The notes below the pieces were generated by a model. It worked only from the letters and a program-made list of their open reading frames with translations. It searched no databases and was not told where the DNA came from. Below, one piece after another: positions 37,126 to 45,154 of a stretch of 64,000 nt of DNA. The translations under genes were made by a program, and so were the position numbers. Location of the stretch: assembly GCA_964609855.1 (NCBI GenBank), contig CAZSTB010000006.1:365-64364 (forward strand), in the 5' to 3' direction. Within the stretch, counting starts at the first letter, position 1, and every line of letters begins with the position of its first letter. Origin of the DNA: an uncultured Bdellovibrionales bacterium (GTDB lineage: Bacteria; Patescibacteriota; Minisyncoccia; Moranbacterales; GWC2-37-73).

Positions 37126-39119
37126 TATCTATGGACTTTAATTTTGCGCAAAACAATTCAGCATCTCAAAAAACTGGTTCCTTGGAGCAGTCTTTTGTCG
37201 GCGTTGTGGAGAATGAAAAACAACGACTGGCGACTGGATATGCAGCTGTTGTTGAAGAAATTCAAGCAAAAAGAAACAAGGAAAATGCAGGTGCGCAAAT
37301 ATTTCCCGCTTCAGTTGCATCTTTACATCCTGATGTTGTTGATTTTTTACTAAATTTTGATTTGGTTTCAGTTTATGATGATATCGCCAAACAAAACAAC
37401 TTGGATGAGAAAGGCCGCAGTAGCTTGCCGCAAATAGTTTGGAAGCTTGTTAGAGAAGGAAATTGGAACGCCTTGGATGAAACGTTAGAAGCTAAAATTC
37501 CCTTGGTGCATTCCGTACATGTAAATGTCGCTAACCTTTTGCAGCAAAATATTTTAGCAAAAGTGAAAGCTCTGTCTGAAAAACCGGTTTCCAGAAAAGG
37601 TATTATCAGCGAAGCTACGAAGAAAATCGTAAGCATTCCGCTGAAGAAAGCTTTGCTTGATTATCCGAAACTTGGAGAGCAAAATGTGACAATCAGTCAG
37701 ATTGAGCTGAAATATTTTCCTACGCCTGTCAGGCCTTCGATTAAGAATTGGATTACAGACTTTCATGATCAGATGGGGGCAATTAAACATTCTCCAATTG
37801 ATCGCGGAAACTATTTGTTCCACAGCGAAAATGGAAAAAAACTTACCTCTCTGGAGCGGCAGAAGCTTTCAATGATTTTGAAAAGTTTAGATGAAGATAC
37901 GAATCTGGATATTGATGCTGAAGCGCAAGTCCTTATATTTGAAATAGAAAAACCGCAAATAAATCCAGTGGCGAATGATCGATATAAAACTGTGGTGAGT
38001 GATAATTTTACTGATGTGCAGAAAAACGTTCCAGCTGAACAGTTAATAAGTCGACCAGTATTGGATTTTGGACAAAGGCAGCAAACTATTGAGCAGGAAA
38101 AGCAGTCTGAAATAGAAAATAGTGAGGAATTACTAAAATCCCGCGAAGAAAAATTGAATAATCTTGGTAAATTTTTTGGCGAAAAAGCTGGCTTGCAGCC
38201 AGAAGTAAAAACGCCTGCGGATGATAACTTAGAACAGGTAGCTAAACCGCAAGTCAAGCCGTTGTCGTCAGAGCAGGCTACAGGCGGCCTTAAGGCTGCG
38301 TTAAATTTCTTTAAATTAAATAAAGTTAAAAATTCCAAATCGGAAGAAAGAGAAAACCAAGTTCCAACTGCGGAAATTATGCAAAAGGATTTATTCAAGT
38401 TGCCAACCTCGAAGCCGCAATTGGGGACTGAAGAATATAATGTAAGAAAAAGTTTTGTTGAGCAGAGTAATGTGGAAGAAAAAAAAGCTCAAGAGCTGCC
38501 GTTTCAAAGCGATATGATTTCAAATGTTAACAATGTAAAATTTTCAAACAGCGACAATATACATTTTTCATCGCCTCAGAAACTGCCTGCAGAGGAAAAA
38601 TTCGCCGCGCCTGCGAAAATGAGCGCCCCTAATTTTGCCTCCAACAGTATGGCATACGTTAGGCCTACAGCAACTTTCAAAGTTCAAGATGTTCCAGCTG
38701 TAGAGCCAGAAATTGTCACCCCTGCGCCAACTTTAGCAAGTCCGCAAATTAAAGCTGATTACGAGATGGCATCAAATTCAAGGATAAGTTCCACCTTGTC
38801 TCCCTCAACTACTATAAGCCGTCCAATTCCAGCTCCAATTCCAACTCCTATATCGGCGCCAATTCAGCAAGTAACTTCAATGACTGAACCAGTAGTTTCT
38901 CCAGTGCCAGTATTTTCTCCGATCGTTGATCTTAAGCGAGACTCAGCGCCAGTCCCCGTTGAAACAACTCAGCAAATTAGCAGCGAAGAGCATTCCATTA
39001 AAAAGGCGACTCCTGCAATCGCAAGAAATCCATTCAGAATCGTTCCAAGAAATTACTCAGAGGGAATTGAAGATGAAAAAATTTCAGCTCCAAAAAATGT
39101 TGTTAATCTAAAAGAATAA
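37122..39119 (+). CDS. hypothetical large protein with low-complexity Pro/Ser-rich C-terminus
   Basis: 665 aa. ATGA overlap with the previous gene. No TM and no catalytic motif. Confidence 0.5.
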   Translation: MISMDFNFAQNNSASQKTGSLEQSFVGVVENEKQRLATGYAAVVEEIQAKRNKENAGAQIFPASVASLHPDVVDFLLNFDLVSVYDDIAKQNNLDEKGRSSLPQIVWKLVREGNWNALDETLEAKIPLVHSVHVNVANLLQQNILAKVKALSEKPVSRKGIISEATKKIVSIPLKKALLDYPKLGEQNVTISQIELKYFPTPVRPSIKNWITDFHDQMGAIKHSPIDRGNYLFHSENGKKLTSLERQKLSMILKSLDEDTNLDIDAEAQVLIFEIEKPQINPVANDRYKTVVSDNFTDVQKNVPAEQLISRPVLDFGQRQQTIEQEKQSEIENSEELLKSREEKLNNLGKFFGEKAGLQPEVKTPADDNLEQVAKPQVKPLSSEQATGGLKAALNFFKLNKVKNSKSEERENQVPTAEIMQKDLFKLPTSKPQLGTEEYNVRKSFVEQSNVEEKKAQELPFQSDMISNVNNVKFSNSDNIHFSSPQKLPAEEKFAAPAKMSAPNFASNSMAYVRPTATFKVQDVPAVEPEIVTPAPTLASPQIKADYEMASNSRISSTLSPSTTISRPIPAPIPTPISAPIQQVTSMTEPVVSPVPVFSPIVDLKRDSAPVPVETTQQISSEEHSIKKATPAIARNPFRIVPRNYSEGIEDEKISAPKNVVNLKE

Positions 39120-39297
39120 AAGGTATTGTATCCCAGGGCAGAGCTCTGGACTCCCTTGGGCCCACGCAGCCCGTCTCGCCCGAGGCTTTGCCGAGGGGGA
39201 CAGAGCTGTGAGGTGCCTGCCCTGTCTACCGATAGGCAGGCGGTAGGCAGGGAAATGGAATATTAATTTTCATTTCGCTCGCTTCGTTTGATAATAA
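39113..39297 (-). repeat. structured intergenic repeat / candidate ncRNA, diverged copy C (GC-rich core)
   Basis: Minus-strand 5' module AAACGAAGCGAGCGAAATGAAAAT... and 3' end ...AATACCTTTTATT match copies A and B. The 120-nt core is about 65% GC. Confidence 0.55.
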
Positions 39298-39391
39298 AAC
39301 AATATCTTTGATTTGAGATTTTTTATCAAGTGTTTGCAAGGGAGAAAATCGACTGCTTGAGCGAGAAAGGTGCTTTAAGTTAAATATAAGA

Positions 39392-39676
39392 TTGGAAAGT
39401 ATGCTTGAATTCATAAATATAGCACAGGCCGGAATTATTAGTGATGCACCCAGTGTTTCGAGTCTGGGAATTAAGATTTTAAATTTTTTGTTGTCAGTAG
39501 TTGGATTTTTTGCTATAATTTCTTTAGTGTTGGCAGGGATAAAATACTTTTTTGCACTTGGTGATAAGAAGCAAATTGAAAATGCAAAAAATGCCGCGAC
39601 GGCTGCCGTTTGGGGAATTGCGCTTGCGATGGGAGGAATGATCCTGATAAGGTTTATTGGACAATTTTTTCAATAG
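39392..39676 (+). CDS. T4SS pilin-like (TrbC/VirB2-like) small protein
   Basis: 94 aa. Two-helix module with KYFFALGDKKQIENAKN...IG motif. Confidence 0.45.
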   Translation: MESMLEFINIAQAGIISDAPSVSSLGIKILNFLLSVVGFFAIISLVLAGIKYFFALGDKKQIENAKNAATAAVWGIALAMGGMILIRFIGQFFQ

Positions 39677-39754
39677 CACTAGCGAATGATAATATAACGA
39701 GATTTTGGGAAAAAAATATATAAAAAATAAAAACTAGGAAAGGAGGTGTAATTT

Positions 39755-40108
39755 ATGAACATTGTTAAAAAATTTGTATACGGAATCGCTTCAATTATCG
39801 TGGTGTTGCCGACAACCGTGGGAGCTCAACTTCAGACACCTGAAGGAACAGGTCTTCCAGCGGGAAGTGTGATAAATATCATAACCAATGGAATGAATTA
39901 TCTTTTGATTCTCGTTGGTGTTCTTGGAGTTATCGGATTCGTTATCGCTGGTATCATTTATTTGACTGCAGCTGGCGACGAAGATCAGATAGAAAGAGGA
40001 AAGAGAACTATGATCAATTCTATCATTGGAATCATCGTAGCGCTTTTGGGAATCATTGTTTTGACAGCCGTAAAAAGTATGCTTGGGGGAACTGATAAAA
40101 CTTTCTAG
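39755..40108 (+). CDS. T4SS pilin-like small protein
   Basis: Strong RBS AGGAAAGGAGGT. Motif IYLTAAGDEDQIERGKR...IIG. Confidence 0.5.
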   Translation: MNIVKKFVYGIASIIVVLPTTVGAQLQTPEGTGLPAGSVINIITNGMNYLLILVGVLGVIGFVIAGIIYLTAAGDEDQIERGKRTMINSIIGIIVALLGIIVLTAVKSMLGGTDKTF

Positions 40109-40129
40109 TTCTGCAAGTTACATTTTGTA

Positions 40130-40166
40130 CAAGCAAAAAACAACCTTAAGGGTTGTTTTTTGCTTG
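40130..40166 (+). terminator. rho-independent terminator
   Basis: CAAGCAAAAAACAACC-TTAA-GGGTTGTTTTTTGCTTG. Confidence 0.6.
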
Positions 40167-40328
40167 CGTAAAAATTATAAGACCTATATTTATATATACA
40201 CTTTTACTGAAAATATGCTATAATGAATATGAAAATATCTTAAAAATTTATTCTTCCGTTGTTTTTTGATCAGCTACGCTTGCTATTGAATTAGAAAGAT
40301 AGCTTTTGAAAAAAAATAAAAAATAAAA

Positions 40329-40784
40329 ATGAAAGTACAAAATAAGATTCTGTCACTAATTGTTTTCTCATTTGTCTTTTTTGCGCAAGTCCTGCCAGTA
40401 CTTGCTGGTCCAGAATGGAATGCATCAGTCGGGCCAGATGGAAATGTGGGTTTTCAAATAGGTACACAACAGGGTCTTAATGCTCTCAATGGAAATAATG
40501 CTGACGCAGCAATGAATAATCCATATGGCTTGCCGGGTGGAAGTATTTTGGATATAATTTCAAACCTCTTGTTTTGGCTGCTGGCTATTTTTTCCGTACT
40601 AGGAATCATTGGCTTTTTGATTTCTGGAATCTTGTATCTTCTGGCTGGTGCGGATGAGGATAATGCAAAAAAGGGAAAAGAGGGCATGAAAGCTTCAATT
40701 ATTGGAATCATTGTCGGTCTTTCAGGTTATGTTATCATGCAGGCAGTTGGAATATTTTTACGCGGAGATACGACAATGTTCTAA
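40329..40784 (+). CDS. T4SS pilin-like protein
   Basis: Signal peptide. Motif LYLLAGADEDNAKKGKE...IIG. Promoter GAAAATATGCTATAAT at 40210-40226. Confidence 0.5.
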   Translation: MKVQNKILSLIVFSFVFFAQVLPVLAGPEWNASVGPDGNVGFQIGTQQGLNALNGNNADAAMNNPYGLPGGSILDIISNLLFWLLAIFSVLGIIGFLISGILYLLAGADEDNAKKGKEGMKASIIGIIVGLSGYVIMQAVGIFLRGDTTMF

Positions 40785-40840
40785 AGTAGATTGATTAGGT
40801 TTGATTTAGATAAATACAGTAATCAGTTTTTATAACAAAA

Positions 40841-41710
40841 ATGAAAAATAAAAGCGCATATTTATTTGTTGGCATTTTCCTATTCTCAGGCTTACTTTTT
40901 TTTGGAGAAAGTGAAAAAGCTAACGCTCAAGCATTTTCTGGATCATATTCATACTCTGAATGCAAAAGTGATGGTGGAAGTGAGGCGTATTGCAGTCAAT
41001 TTAGCGGTGCACCTCAATCTTCCACAAATATCAGCAATGCATCCGCAGGAAGTTGCCGTTTCAATAGTGATTGCGGAAATAATTTTACGTGTTATCAGGA
41101 TACCTGTATGGATGATGCAACCTATCAGGAAAATGTTTCTTGGATTAATCGTACTGGTAACGCCGTGTCGCAGGTACTAACTCCTGGTGGGTCAATATTT
41201 GATGATGGTACGAATTCTACCTCTTCTTCATCAGGTGGGGAGCTAACGATGATTGCTTATGATATTAATGGTAACCCTGTTTTTGATCCTGACCAATATG
41301 CTGGAGCAGGAAATACGAATTCTAATATTGTTAACAATAACAACAACAGTAATAATACTGGATCCGGCAATACTAACGGAATTCAAACAGCAAAATGCAG
41401 CGGGGCAAATTTTACGGAAATCGGGGGAATCTGTTTTCCTGTAGACACAGGCATGCCGAATCCAGAATTCGGAATAGTCCAGATTATTGGCAATCTCTTT
41501 TCCTGGTTAATGGGTTTATTTTCCGTGCTTTCCTTGGCGGCTTTTGTGATATCCGGAATTCAGTATGTCACATCCGCTGGAGATTCTGGCCAAGCAGAGA
41601 CTGCTAAAAAGAACGCCCTAAATGCTGTTTTAGGAATTATTGTGGGTTTCTCTGGTTTTGTTATTGTTCAAGCTGTGAATTATGCACTAGAGGGGCAAGG
41701 TTTCTTTTAA
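40841..41710 (+). CDS. Cys-rich secreted protein fused to C-terminal T4SS pilin-like module
   Basis: Motif QYVTSAGDSGQAETAKKNA...GII. N-terminal Cys-rich region and an Asn-rich tract. Confidence 0.5.
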   Translation: MKNKSAYLFVGIFLFSGLLFFGESEKANAQAFSGSYSYSECKSDGGSEAYCSQFSGAPQSSTNISNASAGSCRFNSDCGNNFTCYQDTCMDDATYQENVSWINRTGNAVSQVLTPGGSIFDDGTNSTSSSSGGELTMIAYDINGNPVFDPDQYAGAGNTNSNIVNNNNNSNNTGSGNTNGIQTAKCSGANFTEIGGICFPVDTGMPNPEFGIVQIIGNLFSWLMGLFSVLSLAAFVISGIQYVTSAGDSGQAETAKKNALNAVLGIIVGFSGFVIVQAVNYALEGQGFF

Positions 41711-41734
41711 GATAGTTTTTATTGGAAGAATTTT

Positions 41735-42616
41735 ATGAAATTAAAAAAACTTTTATTTCTTAGCTTATTTCTTAGCTTATTTTTTGTTGGAAATGGCGTA
41801 GAAGCCGTAACTGAGTGCGAAACCGCCGGCGGAATTTGCAGTATTTTTTCGAATATGACTTGCGAATCCAGGCATTTATTGGGAAAGGAAGATATGGTAA
41901 CCACAAATCTCTCGTGCAACAATAGTGCAGCAAGTTGTTGCATGCCAAAAGTTGCCACTCCTGCAATAACAGCACCAGTTACAACACCAACCACACCAAC
42001 TACAACTCCAGTTACAACCCCAGTTACAGCCCCAACCATTAACACTCCAACTACAAATACCCCAACTGTTAATCCTCCAGTTACGGCTAATGCAAATGCT
42101 TGTTCAGATCTTGAGTATTTAGGTCGCGATGGAAATTGTTATCCCAAGGAGAATCTAAATATAGAAAATGGCAATTTATGTTCCGATATTGAGTATCTAG
42201 GTCTCGACGGAAATTGCTACCCAAGGGAAAACTTAAACATTGTAAATGAAAATAATAACACTTTCCCCGGTGTGCCTAGTGGCGGCGCTCAGACTGCCAA
42301 ATGCGGCAATGGCTTCTATGAGAAAGGAAATGTTTGTTTTCCAACACAAACGGGACTGCCAAGTCCAGAAAACGGTGTAGTTCAAATTCTCAGTAACCTT
42401 TTTTCCTGGTTAATGGGTTTATTTACCATACTTTCGTTGGCAGCTTTCACGGTTTCTGGCATTCAATATGTAATTTCTGCTGGAGATTCAGGTTTGGCTG
42501 AAACTGCCAAGAAAAACGCAGTCAATTCAATTATTGGAATTGCAGTGGGACTTTCTGGATTTATCATCGTACGGGCCATAAATGCGGCACTTACTGGGCA
42601 GGGTTTTTTCTTTTAG
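41735..42616 (+). CDS. Cys-rich, Thr/Pro-linker secreted protein fused to C-terminal T4SS pilin-like module (paralog of 40841-41710)
   Basis: Internal tandem duplication CSDLEYLGRDGNCYPKENLNIENGN / CSDIEYLGLDGNCYPRENLNIVNEN. PTTPTTTPVTTPV linker. Motif QYVISAGDSGLAETAKKNA. Confidence 0.5.
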   Translation: MKLKKLLFLSLFLSLFFVGNGVEAVTECETAGGICSIFSNMTCESRHLLGKEDMVTTNLSCNNSAASCCMPKVATPAITAPVTTPTTPTTTPVTTPVTAPTINTPTTNTPTVNPPVTANANACSDLEYLGRDGNCYPKENLNIENGNLCSDIEYLGLDGNCYPRENLNIVNENNNTFPGVPSGGAQTAKCGNGFYEKGNVCFPTQTGLPSPENGVVQILSNLFSWLMGLFTILSLAAFTVSGIQYVISAGDSGLAETAKKNAVNSIIGIAVGLSGFIIVRAINAALTGQGFFF

Positions 42617-42619
42617 CGA

Positions 42620-42700
42620 TTGACTTTGAAACAAAAACGTGCTAAACTACGTATAGATAGATGAGAGTATGGATTCGCTGGAAAGCGAATCTTTTTCTTT
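42620..42700 (+). promoter_or_regulatory. promoter TTGACT-N17-TGCTAAACT followed by leader hairpin GGATTCGCT/AGCGAATC plus U-tract
   Basis: Direct inspection, about 130 nt upstream of nusA. Confidence 0.45.
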
Positions 42701-42831
42701 TAAAATCTCCCATTTAATGAGCTTATCATCGGATTATCTGCCGAAATTACGCTCAAAAGGGGAATAAAAATTTAATATGTTGTCTTTTAAACTTCGGCTT
42801 TCGGGCTGGATTAAATAAGACACGAAAAATT

Positions 42832-44049
42832 ATGGTAGCAAAGAAAAAAGTGGCTGAAGAAAGCCAGGAGCAAGGAACTAGACTAGGGGAATTTGGAAGT
42901 GCAATCATGCAGATTGCTGAAGAAAAGGGTATACCTAAAAATGTGGTTATTGAGACTATTGAAGCTGCTCTTGCTGCAGCATATAAGAAAGATTACGGTA
43001 AAAGAGGTCAAAGAATTCGGGCAGAATTCCAGGAAGTCGGTGGAAATACTAAATTCTTCCTTATTAAAGATGTTGTTGATGAAACCCTGAGGGAATTTGT
43101 TGAGGGAGAAGAGGAAGATGAAGAGATTGAGCTTCCCGAAGAAGCTGGAGATGATGAAAAATTACCTCGCTACAATCCAGAAAGAGATATTTTGCTGGAT
43201 GAAGCCAAAAAACTTAAAAAAGATGCAAAAATCGGAGATATAATTGAAATTGAACTTGAGCCACAAACCGAGTATGGTCGCGTGGCTGCTCAGACTGCCA
43301 AGCAGGTCATTATTCAACGTATTCGCGAAGCTGAACGTGATTCTATGTTTTCTGAATACAAAGGAAAAGAAGGAGAAGTGATGAGCGGAACTGTGCAAAG
43401 AATTGAGGGTAGAAACACTTATATCGACCTTGGAAAATCTGTAGGAGTTTTGTTCCCATCCGAGCAAGCTCCAGGCGAAATGCTTAGAATGGGGCAGCGC
43501 GTAAAAGTTTATCTTTACAAGGTTGAATCAGATCCTAAAGGTCCTGGAATTACTTTGAGCCGAACTCATCCTGACATGGTTCGTAAACTTTTTGAATTGG
43601 AAGTTCCTGAAATCTTTGCTGGTACTGTCGAAATCAAGTCAATCGCAAGAGAAGCTGGATCTCGCACAAAGATGGCGGTTTTTTCTAGCGAAGAGGGAAT
43701 TGATCCGATTGGTTCATGTGTTGGGCAAAAAGGGACTCGCGTGCAAGCTGTAATTGAAGAACTTGGCGGAGAAAAGATTGATATCATTGAATGGAGCGAA
43801 AAACCAGAAAAATATATTGCTGCTGCAATCAGTCCAGCAAAAGTACTTTCTGTTGAACTAAATACTGACAGAAAAGAGGCTAAGGCGACTGTGCCAGAAG
43901 ATCAGCTTTCACTAGCGATAGGCAAACAAGGTCAGAATGTGCGCTTGGCTGCAAAATTGACTGGTTGGAAGATCGACGTTATCGGCGCAAAAGTTGAGCC
44001 TAAAAAGGAAACTGAAGCTGAGGCACTGGAAACAGAAGTAACTGAATAG
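42832..44049 (+). CDS. nusA: transcription termination/antitermination factor NusA
   Basis: N-terminal domain, S1 (GEVMSGTVQRIE...), and two KH domains (GxxG). Confidence 0.85.
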   Translation: MVAKKKVAEESQEQGTRLGEFGSAIMQIAEEKGIPKNVVIETIEAALAAAYKKDYGKRGQRIRAEFQEVGGNTKFFLIKDVVDETLREFVEGEEEDEEIELPEEAGDDEKLPRYNPERDILLDEAKKLKKDAKIGDIIEIELEPQTEYGRVAAQTAKQVIIQRIREAERDSMFSEYKGKEGEVMSGTVQRIEGRNTYIDLGKSVGVLFPSEQAPGEMLRMGQRVKVYLYKVESDPKGPGITLSRTHPDMVRKLFELEVPEIFAGTVEIKSIAREAGSRTKMAVFSSEEGIDPIGSCVGQKGTRVQAVIEELGGEKIDIIEWSEKPEKYIAAAISPAKVLSVELNTDRKEAKATVPEDQLSLAIGKQGQNVRLAAKLTGWKIDVIGAKVEPKKETEAEALETEVTE

Positions 44050-44128
44050 TCAGCTTATAAATTGTCAGTCGCTCTGAAAAATGAGTGACTGATATATTTA
44101 ATTTTTTATCCATTTATCAAACAAATAT

Positions 44129-45058
44129 ATGGGAAAAGTTATTATTGTCGGACATAAAAATCCGGATACGGATTCGATAATCTCAGCTTTGGGAGCTGTG
44201 GAATACTTTGATAAAGTTTTGGGAAAAGAAGCAAAAGCCTTTCGTGCAGGACAGCTTAATAATGAAACAAAATTTATTTTGGAATATTTCGGCGTGGAAA
44301 CACCTGATCTTATAAATTCATTAGAAGCTGATAGTAGCGTTGCTTTAGTGGATCATAATGAGAAATCGCAGGTTTTTGATCAGCTGGATTTCAGCAGTGT
44401 TGACTATATTTTTGATCACCATAAATTAAGTGTAACGACAGAAAAACCGATTTCTTGTCGCATGGAACCCATTGGAAGTACATCTTCGCTGATTGCAAAA
44501 ATGCTTTTTGAGAAATCCGTAGCTCCATCTGCCGAAGTTGCGCCACTTCTCTTGGCTGGGATATTGTCAGATACTTTGAATCTTGTGTCGCCGACAACTA
44601 CTGCGGAAGATAAAGAATTGGTGGAAAAGCTTAATGCGATAGCAAAAATAGATATCGCTGATTTTGTCTCACAAATGTTTAAGGCTAAATCAAGTCTCGA
44701 AGGAATCTCCATCGAAGAAATCATTTCAATAGATTTCAAACCTTTTGAAATGGGAAAAAGTCTGGTTGGCGTCGGAACCTGGGAAACAACTGATAGTGAA
44801 AGTGTAAATTCCAAAAAGGATGAGATTATTAAAGCGTTGCTTGCAAAAAAACAGGCAGATAAGATGGACTTCATGTTTTTCATGGTTGTCGATATCATTG
44901 CTCAAAATTGCGAGCTGTATATTATCGGTGAAGCTGAAAAAGTTTTAGCTGAAAAAGTTTTTGGTGGACAGATAGAAAGCCAAAGCATGTTTTTGCCAGG
45001 TGTCGTTTCCAGGAAAAAACAGATTATTCCTCAATTGACTGAAGAATTAAGTAAATAA
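44129..45058 (+). CDS. ppaC: manganese-dependent inorganic pyrophosphatase (family II, DHH-DHHA2)
   Basis: Motifs GHKNPDTDS, VDHNE, FDHHKL. DHHA2-like C-terminal half. Confidence 0.75.
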   Translation: MGKVIIVGHKNPDTDSIISALGAVEYFDKVLGKEAKAFRAGQLNNETKFILEYFGVETPDLINSLEADSSVALVDHNEKSQVFDQLDFSSVDYIFDHHKLSVTTEKPISCRMEPIGSTSSLIAKMLFEKSVAPSAEVAPLLLAGILSDTLNLVSPTTTAEDKELVEKLNAIAKIDIADFVSQMFKAKSSLEGISIEEIISIDFKPFEMGKSLVGVGTWETTDSESVNSKKDEIIKALLAKKQADKMDFMFFMVVDIIAQNCELYIIGEAEKVLAEKVFGGQIESQSMFLPGVVSRKKQIIPQLTEELSK

Positions 45059-45154
45059 GATTTCAATAATTAGTTTTAAATTTTTCAATCCGTCAGCAGT
45101 AACAGTCAGCAATTTTTGATGGCAGTTTACTGATTACCGATGAGCGCTTAAGTT

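Noticed and set aside
37811-38398. 195-aa minus-strand ORF
   Set aside because: It lies entirely inside the 665-aa plus-strand gene and is Cys/Ser-rich low complexity, a mirror-frame artefact. The same judgement applies to 21131-21634 inside the pilin gene and 44416-44898 inside ppaC.
39130-39255. Possible SRP (4.5S) RNA, because of the long GC-rich imperfect helix and a GCAGCC hexamer
   Set aside because: The GGAA tetraloop and AGCAGCC domain IV context are absent. The flanks match the repeat family (copies A and B) instead.
31926-42616. Calling block 2 an integrative conjugative element bounded by the Xer-type recombinase
   Set aside because: No relaxase, coupling protein, attachment-site direct repeats, or composition shift is visible. 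The recombinase may be housekeeping XerC/D. Kept only as a hypothesis in the findings.
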